Shown: positions 7,076 to 16,319 of the stretch, piece by piece | How the letters are laid out: each line of letters starts with the position of its first letter | Numbering within the stretch: the first letter of the stretch is position 1 | Origin: a virus | Virus record (IMG/VR): IMGVR_UViG_3300027782_000054 | Span: 1 to 64,000 of that record | Reading direction: 5' to 3' (one strand) | Length of the DNA stretch: 64,000 nt | Position numbers and translations under genes: made by a program | The notes under the pieces: model-generated | Told to the model about the DNA's origin: nothing | What the model saw: only the letters and a program-made list of their open reading frames with translations | Database searches by the model: none

Positions 7076-8183
7076 CCTTTACCAGATCTGTGTCCCAGTT
7101 ACCAGAACGCGCACCCTTAGCAAGCACCTTCTCTAGAGAGATATACGCCTTGGTTCCCTTGGTGTTCTGATAGGCATTGCGGATCTGACTGCGCTTGCTG
7201 GACGAGAGTGAGTTGAAGTAACCCTCAAGGAGAGCAGGACTGAGGTTATCAAGGATCGGGCCGTAGGTCTTGATAAGAGTATCAGAACCGACAGCAGCAC
7301 TCTTGAACACATCAATCACACTCTTATGAGTTTCAAGCTCATTTGGATTGGCATTGAGATATGAAGCAATTTCAGTTCTCTGACGAACAAGACCACCAGT
7401 AGTATACTGGAAATCCGCATTAGCGTTTGAACCGATTGTATCCTTGATAGTTTCAATACGCTTACCAGTAGCAACCTCAAGGTTATAAATAAGCTTCTGT
7501 ACATCCAGATTGCTACCCGGAGGAAGAGCATACTTAACGGCCTGCTGATTCTTGGTAGCCATGTAGACAAGACCAATCTTCTCAAGGCGGCGAGGAGAAA
7601 CATAATCCTTGAAGTCACGCTTCTTACGATTCTGCTCATCCCACCAATCCTTAAGAGCCTTCGCTACTTCCTTCGGCATCTTCTGACTCATGTACTGGAC
7701 AGAGGGCTTCGGCTTCATTTCAATGAATGCATCGAAACGATCCATCAGAGCAGGATCAAGCTCCTCGACATTATAATCCTTGTCAGGAGGATTCATAGCT
7801 GCCCAGCAGCAACGTAGATTGGGGAGAGGCTCACCATTGATGGATCTGAACTGAATAATCTCAAAGACAGCATTGATAGTCTTTGAATCAGCACGATTGA
7901 ACTCATCGAAGAAGATAAGCTCTGCCTCGTCTACTTCACGGGGACGAATCATCTTAAGGAAGTCAACACCATTCTCATCTTTCTGAGGAACAGGTACTCC
8001 AACAAGATCGGTATACGGATCAAGAGTCGCGCAAGAGTAGTACTTCACCTTGATGCCGCGTGATTTGGCTAGATCAAAGATAGATTGAGTTTTGCCTGTA
8101 CCATGAAGACCGATGAGCATGATGTTCATGTTATTATCTAGGTACGTATCTGCCATTGGGATGAGATTTGAGTCCTGTGCCAT
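7056..8183 (-). CDS. MoxR-like AAA+ ATPase
   Basis: GLHGTGKT, FFDEFNRA, AAMNP, LDPALMDRF, SPRRL. Start at MAQDSN with a purine-rich SD. Confidence 0.9.
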   Translation of the reverse strand: MAQDSNLIPMADTYLDNNMNIMLIGLHGTGKTQSIFDLAKSRGIKVKYYSCATLDPYTDLVGVPVPQKDENGVDFLKMIRPREVDEAELIFFDEFNRADSKTINAVFEIIQFRSINGEPLPNLRCCWAAMNPPDKDYNVEELDPALMDRFDAFIEMKPKPSVQYMSQKMPKEVAKALKDWWDEQNRKKRDFKDYVSPRRLEKIGLVYMATKNQQAVKYALPPGSNLDVQKLIYNLEVATGKRIETIKDTIGSNANADFQYTTGGLVRQRTEIASYLNANPNELETHKSVIDVFKSAAVGSDTLIKTYGPILDNLSPALLEGYFNSLSSSKRSQIRNAYQNTKGTKAYISLEKVLAKGARSGNWDTDLVKDANVPF

Positions 8184-8324
8184 TTGGCTACTTCCTTCCT
8201 TCAGTGATTGACATAGAGATACTGTAGCACGACCTGTTGCACCAATTGTAAAGACTTTGTAAACTCTAAACACGTTCAACAGTATGGGATGTTTCAGATG
8301 CCACTCTAGCATAGATACAAGGGG

Positions 8325-8353
8325 TTGACCAATGGCTTTCCCCATGCTATACT
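8325..8353 (+). promoter_or_regulatory. sigma70-type promoter at strand switch
   Basis: TTGACC-17 bp-TATACT with extended -10 TG. Confidence 0.65.
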
Positions 8354-8417
8354 TATTTTTATAATATTTATATTTTTTTATCTGTTTATAATTAAATCTA
8401 ATATATAATATATACAT

Positions 8418-8726
8418 ATGAATAATAATAATAACTGGAATCCATTAAATGATCTATGGGATTCTTATAATGAAAAATTAAAAGAAAATGAATTAAAAAA
8501 TATATTTTCTTTAAAAGAAACAGATATTGATGCAATTTTTTGGCCTGAAGACCTTTTCATGGGAGAAGGTGAGCTTGAAGATGCCAAGCAGTTCATTGCA
8601 GAGCGCACACAAGAAATGATCCAAGTCATTCGTTATTACAAAGCTGTGCCTCCCGAGATGCTGTCATCGTATGTATTACGATCACTTATAGCTGGGATGT
8701 TGTGGCAACAAGACCGTATAGGTTAG
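8418..8726 (+). CDS. Hypothetical protein
   Basis: 102-aa ORF; AT-rich 5' end makes the start uncertain. Confidence 0.6.
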   Translation: MNNNNNWNPLNDLWDSYNEKLKENELKNIFSLKETDIDAIFWPEDLFMGEGELEDAKQFIAERTQEMIQVIRYYKAVPPEMLSSYVLRSLIAGMLWQQDRIG

Positions 8727-8900
8727 CACTAACCAAGGCGTCTTGACGGTCATAGCGCATGGATGCTATGATTGCCGTCACATAGATTTTCTAGTAGCCA
8801 GAAAATATTTTTTTGGCTTTAGATAATGTCGCTAAGAAATCAAAACCGTCTTGATTATAAATAATGATAACTAAAAAAAGCAGAGAAGAAAAAGGATGGA

Positions 8901-10721
8901 TTGTCGAAAATGAGTGACTGGGAGCCGTCGGGTCTAGGAAAGACTATCTTCACAGATAGATACGCGAGAAGCGAAGAAGAAACATGGCAAGAAGCCTGCA
9001 GAAGAGTTGCTGACCATGTTGCAAGTGCGGAACACAATGGCAAGTTTAGAAAGTATGCAGATAGATTTTATGATCAGCTAGTTAGCAACAAATTTAACCC
9101 AGGTGGTCGTATCTGGTACGGATGTGGTCGTCCTATGGCTCAGTTGCTTAATTGCTTCGTTCTTCCTACTACTGATTCAGCAGAAGGCTGGGGTCAGACT
9201 CTTAAGGAAGTTATTGTCGTTTCTAGCTCAATGGGTGGCATTGGTATCAATGTTTCTCCCATTCGTGGCAGAGGAACTCCTCTTAAGCGCAAGGGTGGAG
9301 TAGCCACTGGCGCTGTCAGTCTCATGCAGATGATCAATGGTGCAGGAGATGTTCTTGTTGGTGGAGGTGGGCGTCGTATGGCTCTCATGCTCTGTCTTGA
9401 TATTAATCACCCAGACCTAGAAGAATTCCTGAATGTTAAGCTAGATCTCAATCAGCTTAATAATGCAAATGTCTCAGTTGTTCTTCCTTCAAATATTTCT
9501 ACTGAAGATTTCCAACGTATGGTTGAGAATGGCGAAGAAATCGAAGTAAAATTCAATGGTATGCCAACTGGCAAGACCATCAATGCAAAGACTCTTTGGA
9601 ATAAGCTTGTAGAGAATGCATGGAAATCAGGAGAACCTGGATTCCTAAATGGCTATGTTGCTAACAAGATGAACAATATTGCCTACTATGCTCCGCTTAT
9701 TTCTACCAATCCTTGTGGAGAAATTTGGCTTGAGGCTTATGGTTGTTGCGACCTTGGCGCTCTTGTCCTTCCTCGTTTTGTTTCTAATGGAAAATTCAAC
9801 TGGGATGAGTTTGATGAGAGCATCCGTCTAGGTGTTCGTTTCCTTGATGACGTTCTTACAGTCAATCATTACCCTCTACCTGAGATTGAGGAAAACTGTC
9901 AGAAGACTCGTCGTATCGGTCTAGGCGTTATGGGTCTTCATTCAATGCTTCTTGAGCTTGGTCTTAAGTACTCATCGAAAGAAGCTCATGAATTTGTAGA
10001 CAAGCTGTTCTCGTTCATCAAGAATACTTCTTACGATGAAAGCACTATTCTCGCGGTAGAGAAGGGTCCGTTCCCTGCTTATAAGCCAGAATTCCTTGAT
10101 GGTGGATTTGCAAAGACCCTTAAGCGCGGTCTTCGCAATAAAATTAAAGAGCATGGTATTCGTAACTGCGCTCTACTCACCATTGCTCCAACTGGTACAA
10201 CAAGCATGGTTTCTGATGTTTCTTCAGGAATTGAACCTCTACCTGCGCCTGTCTACTGGAGAACCTATCTCAAGGCAACAGCAGATGGTCGCAAAGAGAA
10301 GCATCGTGACCTAGTGGTCCGCAAGGAATACCATGATTTCCCCGATATCATTGAAGGTGCTGCTGACCTTAGTCCACGCTCTCATTTTGAGATGCAGAAG
10401 ATCGTTCAGTCTCACATTGACAATGCCGTAAGCAAGACTATTAATCTTCCCACAGATTACCCGATGGAAGAGCTTGCTGACATCTGGCTTGAGTACCTAC
10501 CTCACATGAAGGGATCTACCTTCTATCGCTGGGGTACGAGAGAGGACGAGCCGATTAAGCCTGTAAAGATCGAAGATGCTCAGGCTGTCATTGCGGAGAA
10601 CCAAGCTAATGTAGTCTACGACTTCGATGTTGATACTCAGGCTATGCTTGATCTCGCTTGTGTCGGTGGAGTTTGTGATGTTCCTGTAAAATGGGCAGAA
10701 GAAGCCGCTTCAATTTCTTGA
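8901..10721 (+). CDS. nrdJ: Class II (B12-dependent) ribonucleotide reductase
   Basis: PGGRI, LLNCFV, TNPCGE, RRIGLGVMG, TIAPTGT, SKTINLP, C-terminal CVGGVC. No NrdB partner nearby. Confidence 0.9.
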   Translation: MSKMSDWEPSGLGKTIFTDRYARSEEETWQEACRRVADHVASAEHNGKFRKYADRFYDQLVSNKFNPGGRIWYGCGRPMAQLLNCFVLPTTDSAEGWGQTLKEVIVVSSSMGGIGINVSPIRGRGTPLKRKGGVATGAVSLMQMINGAGDVLVGGGGRRMALMLCLDINHPDLEEFLNVKLDLNQLNNANVSVVLPSNISTEDFQRMVENGEEIEVKFNGMPTGKTINAKTLWNKLVENAWKSGEPGFLNGYVANKMNNIAYYAPLISTNPCGEIWLEAYGCCDLGALVLPRFVSNGKFNWDEFDESIRLGVRFLDDVLTVNHYPLPEIEENCQKTRRIGLGVMGLHSMLLELGLKYSSKEAHEFVDKLFSFIKNTSYDESTILAVEKGPFPAYKPEFLDGGFAKTLKRGLRNKIKEHGIRNCALLTIAPTGTTSMVSDVSSGIEPLPAPVYWRTYLKATADGRKEKHRDLVVRKEYHDFPDIIEGAADLSPRSHFEMQKIVQSHIDNAVSKTINLPTDYPMEELADIWLEYLPHMKGSTFYRWGTREDEPIKPVKIEDAQAVIAENQANVVYDFDVDTQAMLDLACVGGVCDVPVKWAEEAASIS

Positions 10722-10746
10722 CACGCTGGCTAAATGATGGTAGAGT
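10718..10746 (+). promoter_or_regulatory. sigma70-type promoter (leaderless gene)
   Basis: TTGACA-17 bp-TAGAGT, GTG 7 nt downstream. Confidence 0.7.
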
Positions 10747-10753
10747 GGAGACT

Positions 10754-11029
10754 GTGGAATATACTCTCTGCTCTACCATCACTAAGCCTAAGAATATTGC
10801 CTATGCATCTACCAAGGGTACAGAGGTATATTCTGTTGCCCTGTCTACGCCAGTAAATGGATCCTCTTGCACCTGCAGGGGGTTTGTTTTTGGCGATGTC
10901 TGCAAACACATCAAAGATGCAGAGAATACTAGATGCAGGTTCATTCATAAGGGCGATACAGATCTAACGGCTTGTCCGTTGTGTGGTGCAGAATTGGACT
11001 ATTGGGAAGAGGATGTTAAATTTATATGA
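10754..11029 (+). CDS. SWIM zinc-finger protein
   Basis: CTCRGF...CKHI, plus CPLCG. Confidence 0.75.
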   Translation: MEYTLCSTITKPKNIAYASTKGTEVYSVALSTPVNGSSCTCRGFVFGDVCKHIKDAENTRCRFIHKGDTDLTACPLCGAELDYWEEDVKFI

Positions 11030-11589
11030 GCGATATGAGTAAAGTTATTAGTGAGTATTTTGAAATAGATTCAGATATCAAGCGTCTTACTGTCATTAAA
11101 GAATCTCTAAGACAAGATATTAATAATATCGCTAAACAAGAATGGGAAAAGAGTGACTCAGACAAAAGCATTAAGCATGTCCATATTCCCAATTCATTCT
11201 TAGACACACAAGAAAAAGTTATTAAGCATATTGAAGATAACTTTATTACCTGGAATGTAATGGATTGTATTCAAGAAGACGATGGATATTCTGTTTTCTT
11301 AGAAAAGAAGCCTGAATACTGTGCCTATAAGTTTGAAGATGAAAACTTTACAGTTCGTAAAGACATTACTCATGGGACTCCCAAAATTAACTGGGACTCA
11401 TTATCTCTTGAATACCCGGAAGTTGCAAAGCAAATTAGTAGAGTAAATACAGTAGAGACTCTTTCAGTAGATGAAGAAGAGTTTAAAAAGTTTATAGATG
11501 AGAGTCAAGATGCCATCTCTATAATTGAAAGGCATCTTATTGAGGTAAGCCCTACTTCAAGGGTCATTGTAAGGAAGGTTAAGAAATGA
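11026..11589 (+). CDS. Hypothetical protein
   Basis: 187 aa, translationally coupled on both sides. Confidence 0.75.
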   Translation: MSDMSKVISEYFEIDSDIKRLTVIKESLRQDINNIAKQEWEKSDSDKSIKHVHIPNSFLDTQEKVIKHIEDNFITWNVMDCIQEDDGYSVFLEKKPEYCAYKFEDENFTVRKDITHGTPKINWDSLSLEYPEVAKQISRVNTVETLSVDEEEFKKFIDESQDAISIIERHLIEVSPTSRVIVRKVKK

Positions 11590-12158
11590 GAATTGTCTTA
11601 CTTGGTCCAGAGGACTGTGGCAAGAAGGCATTTGCAAAATCCCTCAAGAGAAGGTATCCTTCTCTGTCTATCGCTCCAGGGCCAGAAGACTTCTATAACA
11701 GGATCTTCCCTAGCAAAGAGAAGATGCCTGCATTAGGATTCTTATCTGATTATAGATCAGAAATACTTCTTGCGTCATATCGTGCTTGTCATATGGTTAA
11801 AAATGACAATATGATCTACACACACAGTGTTTTAGATAATCTCGCATACGCTCTATCTATCGTGTCATTGAAGATCCAGAATGATACAATAGACGAACAA
11901 TGGACAGAAGCTTTCAAATGGATGCCATATTTAGTAAGAGACTCGCTTATGGCAGATCTTGTTATCACTTTTAATAAAAAAGAAGATGATGAGCTTTTGA
12001 GTTTGTTTAATCAGAACCTTAAATTTATTGTTGACAATTATTCTTTATATGCAATAGATAATACAGATATCAAAACTATACATAGAATATTAGACTCTAA
12101 GTTTGGAAGGACAAATGAAAGCACTAACTCAGGAACAGGTAAAAAGAAATCTAGTTGA
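11586..12158 (+). CDS. P-loop nucleotide kinase-like protein
   Basis: IVLLGPEDCGKK degenerate Walker A; HSVLDNLAY resembles the DRSxLDxxAY motif of NadR/dNK kinases. Confidence 0.6.
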   Translation: MRIVLLGPEDCGKKAFAKSLKRRYPSLSIAPGPEDFYNRIFPSKEKMPALGFLSDYRSEILLASYRACHMVKNDNMIYTHSVLDNLAYALSIVSLKIQNDTIDEQWTEAFKWMPYLVRDSLMADLVITFNKKEDDELLSLFNQNLKFIVDNYSLYAIDNTDIKTIHRILDSKFGRTNESTNSGTGKKKSS

Positions 12159-12912
12159 CAAGATCGACAATGAGACTCTTCGTCGCATAAAATCTATCCA
12201 CCCAGACATTGATAAATGTCCTACGTGTGAAGGTCGCGGTAAATACGTTTTTGAGTCAAAGACTCGTACATGTAATTGTGATTATCAGAAGCTCCTGCAG
12301 AAGCATTACTATGCTGCTAATATCGGCAGAGCTTACCATACTCTATGTATTGATCATTTTATCTCTGATGAGTCTGAATTACTAAAGTCTTCTGTAAATA
12401 AGTATACTGAGGACTGGAAGAATAATCGTCATTTTGGTCATGGCATCACCTTCAATGGTAATGTTGGCACAGGTAAAACTTTTGCTATGTCGCTAATCCT
12501 CAAGGAACTTGTCAAGCGTGGATATCGTGTCCATTTTATGACATTCGATGACATTATCAATACATTCGGTGCAGCATGGAATAATGACGAAGCAAAGCAT
12601 TTAAATATGAAGTTACGTTCTGTTGATATTCTTGGTATTGATGAGCTAAAAACGGATGCCCGTAATTCATCTGGATTCCTTTCTACAGTCGCAGAATCTA
12701 TTATTCGCCATCGTGCAGTCAATCTACTACCAACTTTGATTACAACGAACTTGACACCGACAGAAGAAGCAGCTACATTCACTAAGGCGTTTTCCCTATT
12801 GTCTGCGCTCAATGTTAGAGTAGAGACTGAGGGCTATGATATCCGTGGTAAAGAAGTTCGTGAAAGAGAACACGACATGAAAAGGAAAAATGAGCGTAGA
12901 GCCGTTTGTTAG
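12115..12912 (+). CDS. DnaC/IstB-like helicase loader
   Basis: CPTC..CNC Zn site, GNVGTGKT, LGIDEL, LITTN. SD GGAAGG. Confidence 0.85.
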   Translation: MKALTQEQVKRNLVDKIDNETLRRIKSIHPDIDKCPTCEGRGKYVFESKTRTCNCDYQKLLQKHYYAANIGRAYHTLCIDHFISDESELLKSSVNKYTEDWKNNRHFGHGITFNGNVGTGKTFAMSLILKELVKRGYRVHFMTFDDIINTFGAAWNNDEAKHLNMKLRSVDILGIDELKTDARNSSGFLSTVAESIIRHRAVNLLPTLITTNLTPTEEAATFTKAFSLLSALNVRVETEGYDIRGKEVREREHDMKRKNERRAVC

Positions 12913-12916
12913 CGTT

Positions 12917-14176
12917 ATGAATCTTGAAGAAGAGCTAGTCAAGCATCTTCTTATTAAAGATAGCCTTGAGAAGGTTGTTAAGGATGGTCTTAGTGACCAC
13001 ATTCTTATTCTTCCAAAGGTAAAGAGTGCTGTTGCTTTTGCAAAGCATTATTACAATGAGTCAACAACTGCTCCAACAGCTGAAGTTTTTAATACAGAGT
13101 TTCCTGATCATGCTTTTGATCTTGTCGATCCAGAGTCATCTATCGACTGGGTTATTGAAAAACTTCGTAATCGTTATAGAAAATCTGAGATTTGGGATCT
13201 TACTCTAAAGCTTGCTGATCATTGGAAGGCTGATCAAGTCGATGAGGCTATTGGTCTTCTACGAAATACAACTGTAGAGATTGAGAAGAACACTCTTTCT
13301 CATACTAATACATGGAGTACCGGTGACCATAAGATGTTCATCGGGATGATTCAGGATGAGATCATTCACAATAAGTATAAGGGGTACTCAGTAGGTTTTT
13401 CTCAAATCGACAAGTACACTGGTGGACTTAAGCCTGGATATCTTGCTTTCCTTGCTGCACGACCAAAGAGGATGAAGTCATTCTTTCTTATTCAGTCTTT
13501 TATTGAACAAATCAAGCAGGGTCATACTCCAGTATTCTTCACTCTAGAGCTTACTCACAAAGAAATCATGAGTAGATTCATGTGCATGGTTAGTGGTTAT
13601 CCTTGGGATAAGGCGCAGCGTGGAGAGTTTAGTTCTTCCAAAGATTGGGATATGATTGAAAAGACTTGGCTTAATTTCACCGAGGAGTATGGTAAAGCTT
13701 TTGTAATTCAGCCGAAGGCAGATGAGAGATCAGTTTCTCAGCTTATGCTTCTAGCAGAAAAGAATGACTGTGACTCTATCTTCATCTCACAGCTTAAGTA
13801 TATTACTCCTGTTAAAAATTACTACAACAGTCATGAACAATATGCAGAGATTGTTATTGATCTAAAGAATCAAGCAGTTAAGACTGGAAGCGAAAGACCT
13901 ATCTATGTCGAGGCTCAATTCAATCGTGAGGCTCAGAGCGTTAAGGAACTCCAAGACCTTGACTTAGCACAGCTTGGCCTTACAGACGCCATTGGTCAGA
14001 CCGCAGACGTTGTCTACAGTATTGTTCAGAGTCAGGATATGTATAACTCAGGAGTCGCAGAGATGGGTATTGTTGAAGCTCGTAACCATGGCAAAACTTC
14101 ATGGATGTTTCAAAGCGAATTCAAAAAGAACACTTATCTCAAATGCCTGGGCCTAAAAGAACTATATGGCGCTTAA
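12917..14176 (+). CDS. dnaB: DnaB-like replicative helicase
   Basis: IDKYTGGLKPG, AARPKRMKS, FFTLE, AQFNRE, DAIGQTADVV. Start could be 12890. Confidence 0.85.
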   Translation: MNLEEELVKHLLIKDSLEKVVKDGLSDHILILPKVKSAVAFAKHYYNESTTAPTAEVFNTEFPDHAFDLVDPESSIDWVIEKLRNRYRKSEIWDLTLKLADHWKADQVDEAIGLLRNTTVEIEKNTLSHTNTWSTGDHKMFIGMIQDEIIHNKYKGYSVGFSQIDKYTGGLKPGYLAFLAARPKRMKSFFLIQSFIEQIKQGHTPVFFTLELTHKEIMSRFMCMVSGYPWDKAQRGEFSSSKDWDMIEKTWLNFTEEYGKAFVIQPKADERSVSQLMLLAEKNDCDSIFISQLKYITPVKNYYNSHEQYAEIVIDLKNQAVKTGSERPIYVEAQFNREAQSVKELQDLDLAQLGLTDAIGQTADVVYSIVQSQDMYNSGVAEMGIVEARNHGKTSWMFQSEFKKNTYLKCLGLKELYGA

Positions 14177-15395
14177 TACAGAAAAGCTTAGTAGAATATC
14201 TAGTTTTGATCTAGCAGCCCTAAAAGCTGCTAGTGTCGATGCAAAGGAGATTCTTGAGACACTAGGCATGAGTATTGTTCAGGTTGGAAGTGACGAAATC
14301 ATTTGTCATTGTCCTTTTGCTGAAAATCACAAGAATGGAGACAAAACTCCAAGCTTTAGTTTTAACACAGAGAAGATGGTGTATAACTGTTTCACTTGTG
14401 GTGGCGGTACCTTAATCTCTCTGATTAAGTATCTACAGGGTTGGGATGATTCTCAGGTAGAGAAGTGGGTTCTTGAACATGCAAGCAGCGTCAGTGAAGA
14501 TAGAGATCTCAGAGATGAGGTTAATAAACGTCTTATCAAGGAAGAAGATGTTGCTACAAGTTTCCCACAATCTATTCTTACATCATTCAATGGATTCCAT
14601 CCATACTTAGATCAAAGAGGGCTTTCTAAAGAAGTGTGTTCTAAAATGAGGATTGGGTATGATGAAGCTCATAGTGGAATTACCATCCCTCACTTCTTCA
14701 ATAACAAACTTGTCGGATGGCAAACTCGTCATTTAATCCAAGATTCTAATGGCAAATTTCTTTGTCAGAAATGCCCTGATAGCAGAGTTCCCAAGTACAC
14801 AAATACGCATGGATTCCCTAAGAAGAATACTCTGTATAATTACTCTAACGCTCTCGACAACTGTCGAGTAACAGGCGAAGAGATTATAGTAGTTGAATCA
14901 CCTATGACTGCTCTTAAGCTAATGACTCTTGGATACAACTCAGTCGTTGCTACATTTGGATCATGGTCAAAAGAGCAAATGTTCTCTCTGATAGGCTGTC
15001 TACAAGGAGTCATCCTTTGGCCCGATTCAGACAAGGCAGGAGATGCAAACGTAAGAAGAGTCATTCCAATCTTGACTCAATTTGTACCAGTAAAGGTCGC
15101 TCCAATTCTAGATAAAGAAAAGGGTGATCCTGGTGATCTTGATAAAGAAGAAGTTGCGGAATACTTAAAATACTGCTATAGTCCATTCACAGTTATAGTA
15201 GAAAAGAATTTATTAAATTTAAAGGAGGCTAAGATGAGTTTTCAAAAGTTTGGAGATAAAGAAAAGATTGTTCCCCTTGACAACGAGGAGCAGCTTGTGG
15301 TACAATCACATGTAGTGAAGACGGGTAAAGCGGTTCAAGACTTTACCGATGAAGAGAGAGATTCTCTACATGTCGATCTTGACAACACGGAATAA
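14166..15395 (+). CDS. dnaG: DNA primase (CHC2 Zn finger + TOPRIM)
   Basis: CPFAENH..CFTCG, IVVESPM, WPDSDKAG, KGDPGD. Confidence 0.88.
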   Translation: MALNTEKLSRISSFDLAALKAASVDAKEILETLGMSIVQVGSDEIICHCPFAENHKNGDKTPSFSFNTEKMVYNCFTCGGGTLISLIKYLQGWDDSQVEKWVLEHASSVSEDRDLRDEVNKRLIKEEDVATSFPQSILTSFNGFHPYLDQRGLSKEVCSKMRIGYDEAHSGITIPHFFNNKLVGWQTRHLIQDSNGKFLCQKCPDSRVPKYTNTHGFPKKNTLYNYSNALDNCRVTGEEIIVVESPMTALKLMTLGYNSVVATFGSWSKEQMFSLIGCLQGVILWPDSDKAGDANVRRVIPILTQFVPVKVAPILDKEKGDPGDLDKEEVAEYLKYCYSPFTVIVEKNLLNLKEAKMSFQKFGDKEKIVPLDNEEQLVVQSHVVKTGKAVQDFTDEERDSLHVDLDNTE

Positions 15396-15429
15396 AACAA
15401 ATACAAAACGGACATAAAGGAGCAATACT

Positions 15430-16248
15430 ATGGCAATGGGTGAACTTAGAGCAGGCAAGGATCTAATCAAGAAGTCTGCTGAACCGGGTTCTCGCAAGGG
15501 AAACAACGGAGGCTATACTCCGTTCATTGGATGGAAGCCGGATGAAGTAAAGTCGCTATTTTTCATTACACCCATTGATGAGGTACCGAAAGTCCTCATG
15601 CATGAGTTTGTTCGTAAGACTGTCGTTGACAGTAACGGTGTTCGTAAAGAGCGCTGGCTTACGTTCATGTGCCGCAAGGATCCGGCATGGCGTACAGAGA
15701 GTAACAATTCTTGCTCGCTCTGTGACGATATTGGTCACAAGGCAACAGAGAAGTTCGTTGCTCTTGCCGCAGAAGTAGATTCTACTTACGATGGAAAGCG
15801 TCTTCAGGGTGTAAAGATTAAGTTTAACCCTGGGGTCGATAAGGACGGAAACGAAGTGGACTATCCCGCTTTTGGTCTAGTCGTTAAGGGTCCCAAGTTC
15901 TTCGGTACTCTTGTCGCCCATGATGCAAAGCGTGATGTTAGTGAACTCTGTTGGGAGATCACTAGAGAAGGTGCTGACCTTAAGACTCAGTATATCTTCT
16001 ATCCGCTAGATGAAAAGCCAGATCTTAGTGAAGTCGAGGAAGCTATCCCCAACCTCAATGACATTCTCGCTTATCTTGGTTCGCAAGAAAAGTACGACAA
16101 TGATCTAGAAGGCGTAACTGCCGAAGATCAGCCTGCAAGGTTCGGAGAAAAGGCGGCAGCGAAGAAAACTGTTCCTGCTGATTCCCCAGATCTCGCATTC
16201 GATCAGTTGAAGAAGCAACTTGATTCTAAAGTAGAATCATATAGTTAG
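15430..16248 (+). CDS. Single-stranded DNA-binding protein (gp32-like)
   Basis: H..C..CSLC Zn motif, ITREG..KTQY, acidic C-region, replisome context. Confidence 0.7.
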   Translation: MAMGELRAGKDLIKKSAEPGSRKGNNGGYTPFIGWKPDEVKSLFFITPIDEVPKVLMHEFVRKTVVDSNGVRKERWLTFMCRKDPAWRTESNNSCSLCDDIGHKATEKFVALAAEVDSTYDGKRLQGVKIKFNPGVDKDGNEVDYPAFGLVVKGPKFFGTLVAHDAKRDVSELCWEITREGADLKTQYIFYPLDEKPDLSEVEEAIPNLNDILAYLGSQEKYDNDLEGVTAEDQPARFGEKAAAKKTVPADSPDLAFDQLKKQLDSKVESYS

Positions 16249-16254
16249 AGAAAG

Positions 16255-16290
16255 TGGGGCGGCGAAAGCCGCCCCATCTTCTTCTTGCTT
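16255..16290 (+). terminator. Rho-independent terminator
   Basis: TGGGGCGGC-GAAA-GCCGCCCCA followed by a T-rich tail. Confidence 0.8.
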
Positions 16291-16313
16291 TGCAAACTTC
16301 TATCTGATAGGCT
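16285..16313 (+). promoter_or_regulatory. Promoter for leaderless dnaE
   Basis: TTGCTT-17 bp-TAGGCT, ATG 6 nt later, no SD. Confidence 0.55.
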
Positions 16314-16319
16314 GGTACC

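Noticed and set aside
8184-8417. N-terminal extension of the AAA ORF given by the track
   Set aside because: Low-complexity AT-rich translation over promoters; a better start with SD lies at 8183.
8727-8900. Cobalamin riboswitch or NrdR boxes before nrdJ
   Set aside because: No recognisable B12-box or convincing NrdR consensus.
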